From the NCBI GenBank assembly GCA_963649665.1, contig CAVJJO010000001.1:6435-70434 (forward strand): DNA of 64,000 nt. The letters are read 5' to 3'. This DNA is from Bacteroidaceae bacterium. Lineage in GTDB: Bacteria; Bacteroidota; Bacteroidia; Bacteroidales; Bacteroidaceae. The position numbers and the translations under genes were made by a program. This document shows positions 45,590 through 56,658 of the stretch, one piece after another; the first letter of the stretch is position 1; each line of letters opens with the position of its first letter. Below the pieces are notes generated by a model. It searched no databases. It saw only the letters and a list, made by a program, of their open reading frames with translations, and was not told where the DNA came from.

Positions 45590-46945
45590 ATGAACTGGCA
45601 AACCCTCATTTCCTCCAAACGTTTGGGGAAGGAAAACAAACAAAAGCCGCTTGAAGAGCGCCGCACGGAGTTTCAGCGCGACTACGACCGCCTTATCTTT
45701 TCGGCGGCCTTCCGGCGCATGCAAAACAAAACGCAGGTGTTTCCCCTTCCCGGAAGCGTGTTTGTTCACAACCGCCTGACGCACAGTCTTGAAGTGTCGA
45801 GCGTGGGCCGCTCGTTGGGCACTGACATAAGCCGCGAGCTTATCCGTCGGCGTCCCGAACTTGCCGACACGGAACTTACGGGTATGGGGGCCATAGTGAG
45901 TGCGGCTTGTTTGGCGCACGATATGGGCAACCCGCCTTTCGGCCACAGCGGCGAGCGCGCCATACGCACTTATTTCAGCGAAGGAAACGGCCGCGCGCTT
46001 CACGACCTGGTTACTCCCGATGGCCGCGAACTTTCCGAAGCGGAATGGATGGACATGACGCGCTTCGACGGCAACGCCAACACGTTCCGCTTGCTTACGC
46101 ACCACTTCAACGGTCGTCGGCGCGGCGGCTTCGTGATGACTTATTCCACGCTGGCTGCCATCGTGAAATATCCCTATGGTTCGGACCGTGCCGTGAGGAA
46201 GCCAAAGTTCGGATATTTCGAAAGCGAACGCCTCACTTATCTCCATATTGCCCGCGAACTCGGCATACGTTGCATGGAAGAGGGCGCTGACGGCTCGCAG
46301 CGCTTTGCCCGCCATCCGCTGGTTTATCTTGTGGAGGCTGCCGACGACATTTGCTACGAGATTATGGACATAGAAGATGCCCACAAGCTGCGCATTCTCT
46401 CCGACGAGCAGACCATGGACTTGTTCCTTGCCTTCTTTGAGCCGCAGGAGCGCGAACGGCTGCGCAATGCCTACAGTTCGGACACCGACGTCGACGACCA
46501 GATTGTCTACTACCGCTCGTGTGTGATCAACGCCTTGGAGCGCGCTTGCGTGGGCGTATTTTTGGAGAATGAGAGCGAGATTCTCAACGGCACATTCGAA
46601 GGTTCGCTTGTCGACCACATTCCGCCATTGCTCCACGAAGCCTACCGTTGCTGCGAAGAAGTGGCCACGAGCCGCATTTACCGTTGCAAGGAGGTGACCG
46701 ACGTGGATCTTGCCGGTTACCATATCATCTACACGTTGCTCGAACTGATGACGGATGCCGTGATGGCGCCCGAGAAGGCATACTCCTCGCTGCTTTTGGC
46801 GCAAGTGCCTTCGCAGTATGAGGTGCGTGCCGAACGCCGCGGCGACCGCCTCATGGCTGTGCTCGACTTCCTCTCGGGCATGACGGACGTCTATGCCCTT
46901 GACCTTTACCGAAAGATAAACGGCCACTCGCTTCCCAGCGTATAA
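45590..46945 (+). CDS. dgt: deoxyguanosinetriphosphate triphosphohydrolase
   Basis: RDYDR, NKTQVF, HNRLTHSLEV, AHDMGNPPFGHSGE, EAADDICY, SGMTD. Confidence 0.93.
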   Translation: MNWQTLISSKRLGKENKQKPLEERRTEFQRDYDRLIFSAAFRRMQNKTQVFPLPGSVFVHNRLTHSLEVSSVGRSLGTDISRELIRRRPELADTELTGMGAIVSAACLAHDMGNPPFGHSGERAIRTYFSEGNGRALHDLVTPDGRELSEAEWMDMTRFDGNANTFRLLTHHFNGRRRGGFVMTYSTLAAIVKYPYGSDRAVRKPKFGYFESERLTYLHIARELGIRCMEEGADGSQRFARHPLVYLVEAADDICYEIMDIEDAHKLRILSDEQTMDLFLAFFEPQERERLRNAYSSDTDVDDQIVYYRSCVINALERACVGVFLENESEILNGTFEGSLVDHIPPLLHEAYRCCEEVATSRIYRCKEVTDVDLAGYHIIYTLLELMTDAVMAPEKAYSSLLLAQVPSQYEVRAERRGDRLMAVLDFLSGMTDVYALDLYRKINGHSLPSV

Positions 46946-46973
46946 GCTGCAGAGGGTGTTTTGGTTCAAATAA

Positions 46974-47015
46974 AAATGGGGATGATTGCCGCCACAACGG
47001 CAATCATCCCCATTT
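46974..47015. terminator. bidirectional terminator
   Basis: AAATGGGGATGATTGCCG...CGGCAATCATCCCCATTT. Confidence 0.75.
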
Positions 47016-47036
47016 GTCGTATGCAAAAGGGAGGGC

Positions 47037-49079
47037 TTATCCCACCTGGCTGCCGCCGGCTACGGGGCGGTCCACGGTGACGAGGGAGAGGGATTCGTCG
47101 AAGTTGACGGCGGAGAGAATCATGCCCTGGCTCTCTATGCCGCTGATGGTGCGGGGAGCGAGGTTGGCCACGAAGCACACCTGCTTGCCTACGAGGTCTT
47201 CAGGATTGTAGTGCTGGGCAATGCCGCTGAGGATGGTGCGGTTCTCGAGTCCGTCGGCAATTTCGAACTTCAGGAGCTTCTTGCTCTTCTTTACCTTTTC
47301 GCATGAGAGCACAGTGCCCACGCGTATGTCGAGTTTCTCGAAGTCGTCGAAGGCTATGGTGTCCTTCACGGGAGCAGCCTTGAAAGCTGCGGCTTCGTTG
47401 GCCTTCTTCGTGTCGAGAAGTTTCTGCACCTGTGCTTCTACCACGCTGTCCTCTATCTTCTCGAAGAGGAGTTCGGGCTTTCCGAGCTGATGGCCTGCGG
47501 GAAGGAGGTCCACGGCACCGAGACGGTTCCATTCAGCTTCTTCCACGTGGAGCATGCCACGGAGTTTCTCGCTGGAGAAGGGAAGGAAGGGCTCGAAGGC
47601 AACGGAGAGGTTGGCCACAAGCTGGAGAGAGAGGTTGAGGATGGTCTTCACGCGTTCGGGGTCGGTCTTAATCACCTTCCAGGGCTCGGAATCGGCCAAG
47701 TATTTGTTGCCGATACGCGCGAGGTTCATGGCTTCCTTCTGGGCGTCGCGGAAACGGAAGGTTTCAAGCAGACGTTCCACTTCGGCCTTCACACCCTTGA
47801 ACTCTTCAATAGTGTCGAGGTCGTACTGCGTGAGTTCGCCTGCGGCGGGCACGATGCCGTCGTAGTACTTCTGGGTGAGCTGGAGCGCACGGTTCACGAA
47901 GTTGCCGTACACGGCCACAAGCTCGTTGTTGTTGCGTGCCTGGAAGTCTTTCCACGTAAAGTTGTTGTCCTTCGTTTCCGGAGCGTTGGCGGTGAGCACA
48001 TAGCGGAGCACGTCCTGCTTGCCAGGGAAGTCGCGGAGATATTCGTCGAGCCAAACGGCCCAGTTGCGCGAGGTGCTTATCTTGTCGTCTTCGAGGTTGA
48101 GGAACTCGTTGGAGGGCACGTTGTCGGGAAGAATGTAGGAGCCTTCGGCCTTGAGCATGGCGGGGAACACGATGCAGTGGAACACGATGTTGTCCTTGCC
48201 GATGAAGTGGATGAGGCGGGTGTCGTTGCTCTTCCACCATTTCTCCCAAGAGTCGGGGAGGAGTTCCTTTGTGTTGGAGATGTAGCCGATGGGAGCGTCG
48301 AACCACACGTAGAGCACCTTGCCGTCGGCGCCTTCAACGGGAACGGGGATGCCCCAGTCGAGGTCGCGGCTTACGGCGCGGGGTTTGAGTCCCATGTCGA
48401 ACCAGCTCTTGCACTGGCCCATCACGTTGGTGCGCCATTCCTTGTGCTGCTCGGTGATCCAGGGTTCAAGCCACTGCTGGTGCTTGTCGAGGGGGAGATA
48501 CCAGTGCTTCGTCTTGCGGAGCACGGGCTTCGAACCGCTCACGGCACTTTTGGGATTGATGAGTTCGGTGGGCGAAAGGGCTGTTCCGCACTTTTCGCAC
48601 TGGTCGCCATAGGCGCCTTCGGCATGGCAGTGGGGGCATTCGCCGGTGATGTAGCGGTCGGCGAGGAAGGTGTGCGCTTCTTCGTCGTAGTACTGCTCGC
48701 TTTCCTTTTCAAGGAATTCGCCCTTGTCGTAGAGCGTGCGGAAGAAGTCGGACGCCGTCTTGCGGTGCACATCGGACGTGGTGCGGCCGAAAAAGTCGAA
48801 GGAGATGCCGAAGCCTTCGAAAGATTCCTTGATGACTTTGTTGTAGCGGTCCACTACTTCCTGAGGGGTGCATCCTTCTTTGCGGGCACGGATGGTGACG
48901 GGCACACCGTGTTCGTCCGAACCGCAGATGAAGAGTACTTCACGCTTGCGCAAGCGGAGATAGCGCACATAGATGTCTGCGGGCACGTACACTCCGGCGA
49001 GGTGGCCGATGTGCACGCCGCCGTTGGCGTAGGGGAGAGCCGCGGTGACGAGTGTGCGGTTGAATTTCTTTTCTTCCAT
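47037..49079 (-). CDS. metG: methionine-tRNA ligase
   Basis: ALPYANG, HIGH, Zn knuckle, YVWFDA, KISTS, C-terminal tRNA-binding domain. Confidence 0.98.
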   Translation of the reverse strand: MEEKKFNRTLVTAALPYANGGVHIGHLAGVYVPADIYVRYLRLRKREVLFICGSDEHGVPVTIRARKEGCTPQEVVDRYNKVIKESFEGFGISFDFFGRTTSDVHRKTASDFFRTLYDKGEFLEKESEQYYDEEAHTFLADRYITGECPHCHAEGAYGDQCEKCGTALSPTELINPKSAVSGSKPVLRKTKHWYLPLDKHQQWLEPWITEQHKEWRTNVMGQCKSWFDMGLKPRAVSRDLDWGIPVPVEGADGKVLYVWFDAPIGYISNTKELLPDSWEKWWKSNDTRLIHFIGKDNIVFHCIVFPAMLKAEGSYILPDNVPSNEFLNLEDDKISTSRNWAVWLDEYLRDFPGKQDVLRYVLTANAPETKDNNFTWKDFQARNNNELVAVYGNFVNRALQLTQKYYDGIVPAAGELTQYDLDTIEEFKGVKAEVERLLETFRFRDAQKEAMNLARIGNKYLADSEPWKVIKTDPERVKTILNLSLQLVANLSVAFEPFLPFSSEKLRGMLHVEEAEWNRLGAVDLLPAGHQLGKPELLFEKIEDSVVEAQVQKLLDTKKANEAAAFKAAPVKDTIAFDDFEKLDIRVGTVLSCEKVKKSKKLLKFEIADGLENRTILSGIAQHYNPEDLVGKQVCFVANLAPRTISGIESQGMILSAVNFDESLSLVTVDRPVAGGSQVG

Positions 49080-49278
49080 AGAATGGGTATGTGTCGTTTT
49101 GTTTGTTACGTTGGGTAAGAACCATGCCCCTTACGGACATAGACTTTGCAAAAGTACGATTTTTTCGGTTGACGTTTGAAGGCAAGTTGTACAAACTTCA
49201 AGCGATAGCGCGCGTACGTGTGCATGAAGCGGGCAGCGGCCTCGCGGAGGCTCTTGCCTTTTCTGCACCGCGAGGCCG

Positions 49279-49627
49279 TCGTTAAATCGCTTTTACCATT
49301 GTTAAATCTGTGACTTTTTCTTGACAGCCGGAATGGCTCAAACTAGAGCGGAAAACGGGTTTTGAAAACGTCGGAAAGCCTCGTTTTTCAACTTTCGGGC
49401 AACTTGTAAAAATTCCAAGGCGGCAAAGAAAAATTCCAAGGCAGCAAATTTTTCCTGGATGCCTTGGAATTTTCGCGGAAATAAGGGGCGTTTTGCGGAG
49501 ACGGCTTGAAGAAATTCTTTTATACTGCAAGTGCGTTCAATAAACTAAACTTTTCTGCACGCTGAGAATGGCGTATTTGTGAGCAACTGGGCAGTTGGTG
49601 ATTTCTACGCGATTCTCAGTGTTAAAA
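49279..49627 (-). repeat. ~350-bp dispersed element, copy C
   Basis: Ends GGTGATTTCTACGCGATTCTCAGTGTTAAAA; AAATTCCAAGGC at 49410 and 49431; colinear with copy D. Confidence 0.85.
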
Positions 49628-49853
49628 TTGCGGGTTCTCTCGCTCCTGAAACGCCGCAAAAGCCACGGGGAATTGCTGAATCCGAAACTCCATTAATCAA
49701 ACCTTAGCAAAAAATAAGCACGTCGCAGATGCGCTACAATAGGAAGTTTTGTAAATTTGCGGTGAAAAAGCTACGGGGCTTGGGCAGGCGCTTCGCCGCT
49801 CGCGACCACCGCACTTTCCATAGGTTCAACATACATTTTACAGCATAAACATT

Positions 49854-50846
49854 ATGGCATTTTTAACTGACGAAAAACTCCTGATTGTCGGCGCAGGCGG
49901 CATGATTGGTTCCAACATGGTACAGAGCGCTCTTATGCTCGGCCTCACCCCCAACATCTGTCTCTACGACATCTATGAACCGGGCGTACACGGCGTGTTC
50001 GACGAAATCCAGCAGTGCGCATTCCCCGGCGTGAACGTAACTTACACTGTTGACCCCGCTGAAGCATTCACCGGTGCCAAATATATCATCTCTTCCGGCG
50101 GCGCTCCCCGTAAGGACGGCATGACCCGTGAAGACCTTCTCAAGGGCAACTGCAAGATTGCTGCCGAATTTGGCGACAACATCAAGAAGTACTGCCCCGA
50201 TGTAGAGCACGTTGTAGTTATCTTCAACCCCGCCGACGTAACGGCCCTCACCGCTCTCATCCACTCTGGCCTCAAGCCCAACCAGCTCACTTCACTCGCT
50301 GCCCTCGACTCCACTCGTCTGCAGCAGGCCCTCGCCCTCGAGTTCGGCGTGCAGCAGGACAAGGTGACCGGCGCACACACCTACGGCGGTCACGGCGAAC
50401 AGATGGCCGTATTCGCTTCTCAGGTAAAGGTCGACGGCAAGCCCCTTTCTGAAATGGGTCTTTCCGCTGAGCGCTGGGAAGAAATCAAGCACCACACCGT
50501 TCAGGGCGGTTCCAACATCATCAAGCTCCGCGGCCGCAGCTCCTTCCAGAGCCCTGCCTACAACGCTGTGAAGATGATTGAGGCTGCTATGGGCGGCGAG
50601 AAGTTCACTCTTCCTGCAGGTTGCTACGTGAACAACGACAAGCTCGGCTTCAAGAACGTGATGATGGCTATGCCTACCACAATCGACAAGACCGGCGTTC
50701 ACTTCACCGAGCCCACCGGCACTCCCGAAGAACTCGCTTCTCTCGCTAAGAGCTACGAACACCTCTGCAAGATGCGCGACGAAATCGTAGAACTCGGCAT
50801 CGTTCCCGCAGTAGAAAAGTGGGGCGAAGACAACCCCAACCTCTAA
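49854..50846 (+). CDS. mdh: malate dehydrogenase
   Basis: GAGGMIG, PRKDGMTREDLL, NPAD, LDSTR, GGHGE; TAAATTTG box at 49752-49759. Confidence 0.93.
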   Translation: MAFLTDEKLLIVGAGGMIGSNMVQSALMLGLTPNICLYDIYEPGVHGVFDEIQQCAFPGVNVTYTVDPAEAFTGAKYIISSGGAPRKDGMTREDLLKGNCKIAAEFGDNIKKYCPDVEHVVVIFNPADVTALTALIHSGLKPNQLTSLAALDSTRLQQALALEFGVQQDKVTGAHTYGGHGEQMAVFASQVKVDGKPLSEMGLSAERWEEIKHHTVQGGSNIIKLRGRSSFQSPAYNAVKMIEAAMGGEKFTLPAGCYVNNDKLGFKNVMMAMPTTIDKTGVHFTEPTGTPEELASLAKSYEHLCKMRDEIVELGIVPAVEKWGEDNPNL

Positions 50847-50868
50847 TCCTCATAAACATAGGATACAT

Positions 50869-50908
50869 AAAATCCCCCTTGCGCTGCAAGCAGAGCAAGG
50901 GGGATTTT
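50869..50908 (+). terminator. terminator after mdh
   Basis: AAAATCCCCCTTGC...GCAAGGGGGATTTT. Confidence 0.75.
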
Positions 50909-50951
50909 CTATTGTCTTTGCGTGAATGTTGGGGACTTTTGCGGTGCTCGG

Positions 50952-51047
50952 TGCATGGGCATCAAGACTTTGTCTTGTCGGTAGAGCGCGAAAAGGCCGT
51001 TCGCGACTGCCGTGTAGAGCGCGAGGCAGGGGAACCTCGCGCTCGTA
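50952..51047. repeat. degenerate REP-like cluster
   Basis: GCATGGGCATCAAGACTTTGTCTTG; GTAGAGC-GCGAA..TTCGC; GTAGAGC-GCGAGG..CCTCGC. Confidence 0.6.
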
Positions 51048-51073
51048 CGCAGTACGCAGACGCAGTAGTAAGC

Positions 51074-53617
51074 CTATTTCGCCATTTCCATGCGTACCTT
51101 CTCGCCGCTGCGCAGGAGATAGGCGCCGGCAGGAAGCGTGCGGCTCCACGAGCCGTAGGGTGCGGTGAAGAGTCGTTGGCCAGTGGTGGAATATACGTCA
51201 ACCGTGGTGGCAGCGTTCCATCCCTCGGCAGCGGTGGCGTGGGCTATGCCCGCCTGGCTTGAAGTCGTGACCAGTTGCTGTGCGCTCCAGGCCGAAGAAG
51301 TGCTGCCTGCAGTGGAACGCACGCGCCAAAGGTAAGGAGTGCTCTTGGTGAGACCTTCTACAGAGAAACTGAGCGCGTCGGTTGTGGCAAATTGCGCCTT
51401 GCGGGTGCTGTCGACGGTAGTTTCCAAATCGGTGTCGGTGAAAGAGCCGTCGTAGATTCCCATGCGCCCCGTGAGATAAACGCGCTTGGCAGAGGTGGAG
51501 AAACTTACGCGGAAGTCTTCGTCGATGTCGTTCACTATCATCACGTTCTCGCTTTCGGTAGCCGAAGGCGCGATGCTCTTGCTCCAAAGCTCCTCGCCGT
51601 AAGCGGTGCTAAGCGTCACTTTGAGTTTGCCCGTGTCGTTGCCGTATTTCTTGCTTGTCACCCGAATGGTCACTGCGCCCGACGTGGGAGCCGAGTAGAC
51701 GGGTGAAGAGATTTCGCCGTTTTGGCTGGAACTTCCGAGCTTGAGGTGCGATGGTCCGACGAAGACCTTCGTACCGCTCCATCCCGCGGTGGCGAAGTAG
51801 TCGTTGAGCTTGGAGCTGATGTCTACGCCGGAGTCGGAGCTGAGCGTAGCGCCGAAGGCATCGAAATCGTCCGAAGCGAGTTCTGCCGTGGGCGTGGCGA
51901 GTGTGCCTGCCGGTCTCACCTCGAGCTCGTAGCCCGTAGTGCCGTCAACGGCCTGCCAATGTGCGGCAAACGACGTGGCGTCGATTTCAGAGGCCGCTTG
52001 CGGTACGGGAGTGGCGAGTTGTGTGCCGCCCATGAATACGAACTGCACCAGACTGTCGGCGGTGATGCTGATGTCGGTGATGGGCTTGCCCATCAACTTG
52101 CTGCCGTCGGAGTTGGCGTTGAAGAGGGTGGCGGAAGGCTTCGACGTGTTGGTCAGCGCATTGTTCTTGCCGTAGGGGTAAAGGTCGCCGTCGAGCGTGT
52201 CGTCGCTGTAGTCGTTGTCGGCGGCGAAGATGGTGCAGCGCTGATGGCTGGGGCTGTCGTTCACCCCGTTGTTCTCCCACACCGTTTTGTTGTAGTCAAC
52301 GTGGGTAATCATGAGGCCGCGGCCTTCGTCGTATTCAAACCAGCCGTCCTTTTCGTGGTTCTCGAGCAGGTAGTATTCGTTGCGGTTGGCGGAGTTGTAG
52401 ACGATGTATGCCACAGGCTCTTTGGCAAGCGAAGGCATGTCGCTGACGGTGACGGGATGAGTGAGCTCCGTAGGTTCAAGCCATCCGCTGATCCATCGCT
52501 CATAGGCGGTGTAGCCGGCGGGACCGAAGCCGTCGTTGTTGTAGCTTCCGTAGTCCATAAGGCTCCAACTGCTCATGCCGAAGCCGCCGCTGTAGTCTGT
52601 GTCGTAGAGGTCAGGGAGTCCCATGCAGTGGGAGAATTCGTGGCAGGCCGTGCCTATGCCGTCCATGCGGGAGTTGGAATTTCCGTAGAGCTCGGTGGAA
52701 CATCCGTAAGTGTCAATCTTCACGCCGTCGAGCGTGAGGCTGTAGCCCTCTCCTGCAAGTTGCCACTCGTGGGGCCATATGTAGTCTTCGTCGTTGCCCG
52801 TATAAGCCTCGCTCTTTCCGGCACAGATTACGAACACCTGGTCAACTTCTCCGTCGCCGTCCCAGTCGTAGTCCTTGAAGTTTACTTGGCTGTCGGCGAG
52901 TTTGCAGGCTTCATAGACCATCTGGGCAGGATGCTTGTCGTTGTCGCTGCTGTCGTTGCCGCCGTAGTAGCTGAGCTTCTGCGACACGGTGACGGGACCT
53001 ACCACGTCGAACTTAATGTTGCACTGACCATAGCTTTGGTCGTAGAAGTAGTCGTGCACACTGCCCGAGTTGCCGTTGTCGGTATAGCCTTCTTTGTTGA
53101 ACATGTCGTCGAAGGCTTCGCGCGTGTTGGCGCTGTACATCTTCAGGTCGGTGAAGTTCACGAGAATGACGAGGCCGCGCTTCTCGTTGCTCTGCGCTTC
53201 GGAAGTGGCGCGTTTTTGGCGGTTGCCCTTGCGGGCGGCGAGCCGTTCGGCGCGGGGCGCATTGCGCAGACTGGTCCGTTCGCTGTGGAGATTGGAGAGA
53301 CGCGTGAGGAGATTGCCGTTCTGTGCGAGGAGTGCAGTTTCTTTCGCGCTGCGGTCTGCGGCTTCGTGCGCCAACGTGTGGTTGGCCACAAGTGCGTTGC
53401 CCTCAAGGCTGGCATAAGAGAAAGAGCCGTCGGCAAGCCGCACGAGGGGAATGCCGTCGAGCGTTTGGTAGAAGTGGAGCGTTTCGTCGCCCATGAGGCG
53501 GACGGTGAGTTGTTTCCCGTCGGGTTGGGTGACGGTGAGCGTGCCGCGCTTCGCGGGAACGGCCAGTGCAGAGAGCGAGAGCAGTGCTGCGGTAGCGAAA
53601 CTGAGAAGGTGTTTCAT
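51074..53617 (-). CDS. M6-family (immune-inhibitor-A-like) metalloprotease with T9SS CTD
   Basis: Start MKHLLSF; AVPAKRG...QPDG...GDE propeptide; DWDGDGEVD, IWPH, CHEFSHCMGLPDLYD, WSLMDYG; VYSTTGQ...GAYLLR. Confidence 0.9.
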   Translation of the reverse strand: MKHLLSFATAALLSLSALAVPAKRGTLTVTQPDGKQLTVRLMGDETLHFYQTLDGIPLVRLADGSFSYASLEGNALVANHTLAHEAADRSAKETALLAQNGNLLTRLSNLHSERTSLRNAPRAERLAARKGNRQKRATSEAQSNEKRGLVILVNFTDLKMYSANTREAFDDMFNKEGYTDNGNSGSVHDYFYDQSYGQCNIKFDVVGPVTVSQKLSYYGGNDSSDNDKHPAQMVYEACKLADSQVNFKDYDWDGDGEVDQVFVICAGKSEAYTGNDEDYIWPHEWQLAGEGYSLTLDGVKIDTYGCSTELYGNSNSRMDGIGTACHEFSHCMGLPDLYDTDYSGGFGMSSWSLMDYGSYNNDGFGPAGYTAYERWISGWLEPTELTHPVTVSDMPSLAKEPVAYIVYNSANRNEYYLLENHEKDGWFEYDEGRGLMITHVDYNKTVWENNGVNDSPSHQRCTIFAADNDYSDDTLDGDLYPYGKNNALTNTSKPSATLFNANSDGSKLMGKPITDISITADSLVQFVFMGGTQLATPVPQAASEIDATSFAAHWQAVDGTTGYELEVRPAGTLATPTAELASDDFDAFGATLSSDSGVDISSKLNDYFATAGWSGTKVFVGPSHLKLGSSSQNGEISSPVYSAPTSGAVTIRVTSKKYGNDTGKLKVTLSTAYGEELWSKSIAPSATESENVMIVNDIDEDFRVSFSTSAKRVYLTGRMGIYDGSFTDTDLETTVDSTRKAQFATTDALSFSVEGLTKSTPYLWRVRSTAGSTSSAWSAQQLVTTSSQAGIAHATAAEGWNAATTVDVYSTTGQRLFTAPYGSWSRTLPAGAYLLRSGEKVRMEMAK

Positions 53618-53646
53618 TATATATAAGGAGAGGATGAGCGGGTGGT

Positions 53647-55482
53647 TTACAATTGCTGCATGTCGTTGAGCCGTTTGTAGTAGCCTCCGAGGGAGAGGAG
53701 CTGTTCGTGTGTTCCGCGCTCCACGATGCGGCCCTCGTAAAGCACGCATATCTCGTCGGCATTCTTGATGGTGGAGAGCCGGTGGGCGATGGCAATGGTG
53801 GTGCGCGTCTTCATAAGGCGTTCGAGCGCTTCCTGCACGAGACGTTCGCTCTCGGTGTCGAGGGCGGAAGTAGCTTCGTCCAAAATAAGTATGGCAGGGT
53901 TCTTGAGGATGGCGCGTGCGATGGATATGCGCTGGCGCTGCCCGCCGGAGAGACGGCAACCGCGGTCGCCCACTTTCGTGTCGTAGCCGTCTTCGCTTTC
54001 CATGATGAAGTCGTGGGCATTGGCTATCTTGGCGGCTTCTATAACTTGCTCCTTCGTGGCGTGTTCTACGCCGAAGGCAATGTTGTTGAAGAAAGAGTCG
54101 TTGAAGAGTATGGCCTCCTGGTTTACGTTGCCTATGAGGGCACGGAGGTCGGAGATGGCAAGCGTCTTCACGTTCTTTCCGTCGATGAGTATCTCGCCGC
54201 CGCACACATCGTGGTAGCGGGGCAGAAGGTCCACGAGGGTCGATTTGCCGGAACCGCTCTGCCCTACGAGGGCGATGGTCTGCCCGCGTTTTACGGTGAG
54301 GTTGATGTCGCTGAGCACGGGAGTACCTTCGTGGTAGGCAAACGACACGTGGCGGAACTCAATGTTCTCGGAGAGGGAGTCGATGTGGGCGGGATGCTCA
54401 GGCTCGGCAATGGGGTTGACGGCATTGAGTATTTTGTTCACACGCTCTACGGACGCCATTCCCTTGGGTATGCTGTAAGAGGCTTTTGAGAAATCCTTCA
54501 GCGGCTGGATGATGCTGTAGAGGATGACCATATAGAAGATGAACGTGGGGGCGTCAATGGGCGAATGGTCGGAGAAGATGAGTGTGCCGCCATACCAAAG
54601 CACGAGCACGATGAGTGTAGTGCCGAGGAATTCGCTTACGGGATGGGCTGAGGATTGGCGGATGGCCACGCGGTTTGAGGCGTTGCGGAAGTCGTTGGTA
54701 GAACGGTCGAAACGGCTGGCCATTTTCTTTTCTGCGCCGAAGGCTTTGATGATGCGCATGCCGCCGAGGGTTTCTTCGAGTTGTGCCATTGTGTCGCTCC
54801 ATTTGTTCTGTGCGTCGAGACTTTGATGCTTGAGTTTTCGGCCTATGCGGCCCATCATCCATCCCATAAGGGGAAGTACCACAATGGTGAAGAGCGTGAG
54901 CTGCCACGAGGTGTAGATGAGCACGCCGAAGTAGCACACGAGGAGTATGGGGTTTTTGATGAGCATGTCGAGCGAGCCGGTGATGGAGTTTTCAATCTCG
55001 TTGACGTCGCCGCTCATGCGGGCTATGATGTCGCCCTTGCGTTCGTCGGAAAAGAAACTGAGGGGAAGGGAGAGTATCTTGTGGTACACGCGGCTGCGGA
55101 TGTCGCGCACGATGCCGGTGCGGAGGGGCACCATGATGCCTACGGAGGCAAAGTAGCACGAGGTCTTGAGCAGCGTGGCGGTCACGAGGAAAAGGCCGAT
55201 GAAGAGTAGGGTGGTGGAGGCTCCGTATTGGTCCATAAGTTCGGTGGTGTACCAATACATATTGTTGACGATGATTTCCTTCATGCCCACTCCGGCTGTG
55301 TTCCAAGGGATGAACTCATAGTGGTTGCGGTCTATGCCGAAGAGTAGCTGGAGCATGGGGATGAGCGACACGAACGAAAACACGTTGAGCACTGCGGAAA
55401 GTAGATTGAAAAGGAGTGAGCCTACGAGGTAGGCTTTATAGGGACGGACGTATTGCCGCATAATGCGGAAAAAATCTTTCAT
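53647..55482 (-). CDS. ABC exporter, MsbA-like (fused TMD-NBD)
   Basis: TM domain, GQSGSGKS, LSGGQRQR, LDEATSALD, AHRL. Confidence 0.92.
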   Translation of the reverse strand: MKDFFRIMRQYVRPYKAYLVGSLLFNLLSAVLNVFSFVSLIPMLQLLFGIDRNHYEFIPWNTAGVGMKEIIVNNMYWYTTELMDQYGASTTLLFIGLFLVTATLLKTSCYFASVGIMVPLRTGIVRDIRSRVYHKILSLPLSFFSDERKGDIIARMSGDVNEIENSITGSLDMLIKNPILLVCYFGVLIYTSWQLTLFTIVVLPLMGWMMGRIGRKLKHQSLDAQNKWSDTMAQLEETLGGMRIIKAFGAEKKMASRFDRSTNDFRNASNRVAIRQSSAHPVSEFLGTTLIVLVLWYGGTLIFSDHSPIDAPTFIFYMVILYSIIQPLKDFSKASYSIPKGMASVERVNKILNAVNPIAEPEHPAHIDSLSENIEFRHVSFAYHEGTPVLSDINLTVKRGQTIALVGQSGSGKSTLVDLLPRYHDVCGGEILIDGKNVKTLAISDLRALIGNVNQEAILFNDSFFNNIAFGVEHATKEQVIEAAKIANAHDFIMESEDGYDTKVGDRGCRLSGGQRQRISIARAILKNPAILILDEATSALDTESERLVQEALERLMKTRTTIAIAHRLSTIKNADEICVLYEGRIVERGTHEQLLSLGGYYKRLNDMQQL

Positions 55483-55693
55483 GCGTCGGAGCGGGGTATT
55501 TTGTACGTAAAGAATAATTAGGAGAGGGCAACACTAGCGCTGCCGTCTGAGTTTCCGCTGCAAAAGTAATGATTAGTAATGTGAAAGAACTGACTTCGGC
55601 AGAAAATATGCTACGGAGTGCCTATTGCGGATTTTGTAAGGGATAAACAATACGTTGTTTCTTCTGGCTAAGTCGGAGTTCTATAGAAGGGTA

Positions 55694-55725
55694 AAAGCGC
55701 AAAAACCGCTTGGCTTTTGCGCTTT
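55694..55725 (-). terminator. stem-loop downstream of the Rpn gene
   Basis: AAAGCGCAAAA...TTTTGCGCTTT. Confidence 0.55.
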
Positions 55726-55764
55726 AATGTTTTGTGCAAGTTGTGTTTCGCTGATTACTAAATG

Positions 55765-56658
55765 TTACAATGTAGTCAATTCGGACTCTGACAATCCCGT
55801 CAGCAAGGAAATCTCTTTGAGTGACATTCCAGCTTTTTTGAGATTCTGCGCGATCTCCATGGCTTTGTCCTTTTGCCCTTCGGCGCGTCCTTTTTGAAGC
55901 CCTTCCTCAAGTCCCTTTTCGTGTCCTTGTAGTATGGCCGTGTCTATAGAGTTCTTGAGGTCGCGGTATGTTTTCAGGCTGTCTTCGTATTCATGGAGTT
56001 CGGTACGGCTGAACTTGGCTATCTCTGCTTGCTCGAAAAGATGGGTGAACACTTTTTCTCTTAATTCAGCTGGGCGTTCGCCAAGGCGCGAGAGGTTGCG
56101 CAGGAGGTAGAGCCATTTGTCGTAGAGGGTTTCTAGTTCGTCCAGCGTTTTGTTGAATTTGCTTATTTCTACGTATTTGAATGTCAGCTTGTCGTTGAAC
56201 ACACGGTGTGTCTTTTTGTCGAGCAAGCCTACGTCGTGGCTGATGTCGTCGCAAGCAAAGGCTTCTTCGTGCATGTTGAAGTTGAGAAGCGCCACGACAT
56301 AGACGTGGTTGAGGCGGAAGTTCCAGTCGGAACCCGTAGGCGCCTGTTCGCGGATGGGGAAGGTGGAATAGAACAGCGAACGGTCTTTGAAGAACTGCTG
56401 GAAGGCATTCTGCATTTCCACAATGAACTTTTCCCCGCGTTCGTTTTCGCAGTAGACGTCGAAGATGGCTTTCCTGTCGGAATAGGTGTCGCCCACGTGC
56501 TCGCTGTTGCGGTAGTGTACGTCCGTCACCACTTGCTCTCCGTCGAAGAGGGAGTTGAGGAAGTTGATGAGGAGTTCTTTGTTCATCTCAGTGCCGAATA
56601 TTCGCTTGAAGCCGAAGTCGGTTAGCAAACTGATGTATTTTTCTTCTGATTGACGCAT
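55765..56658 (-). CDS. Rpn-family / PD-(D/E)XK_2 nuclease (putative transposase)
   Basis: TDFGFKRIFG, FDVYC...FIVEMQ, DRSLFY, EKGLEEGLQKGRAEG repeats, terminal HTH-like LTGLS; own TACTTTTG box (minus strand) at 56699-56706. Confidence 0.9.
   Translation of the reverse strand: MRQSEEKYISLLTDFGFKRIFGTEMNKELLINFLNSLFDGEQVVTDVHYRNSEHVGDTYSDRKAIFDVYCENERGEKFIVEMQNAFQQFFKDRSLFYSTFPIREQAPTGSDWNFRLNHVYVVALLNFNMHEEAFACDDISHDVGLLDKKTHRVFNDKLTFKYVEISKFNKTLDELETLYDKWLYLLRNLSRLGERPAELREKVFTHLFEQAEIAKFSRTELHEYEDSLKTYRDLKNSIDTAILQGHEKGLEEGLQKGRAEGQKDKAMEIAQNLKKAGMSLKEISLLTGLSESELTTL

Noticed and set aside
44849..46945. dut plus dGTPase as an antiphage nucleotide-depletion system
   Set aside because: Core-like codon usage and housekeeping context, with no defence-island neighbours.
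53618..54205. 196-aa N-terminal extension of the M6 protease ORF
   Set aside because: It overlaps the ABC exporter out of frame; the signal peptide begins at 53617.
55765..56658. Active IS element
   Set aside because: No terminal repeats or target duplication; Rpn proteins are not demonstrated transposases.
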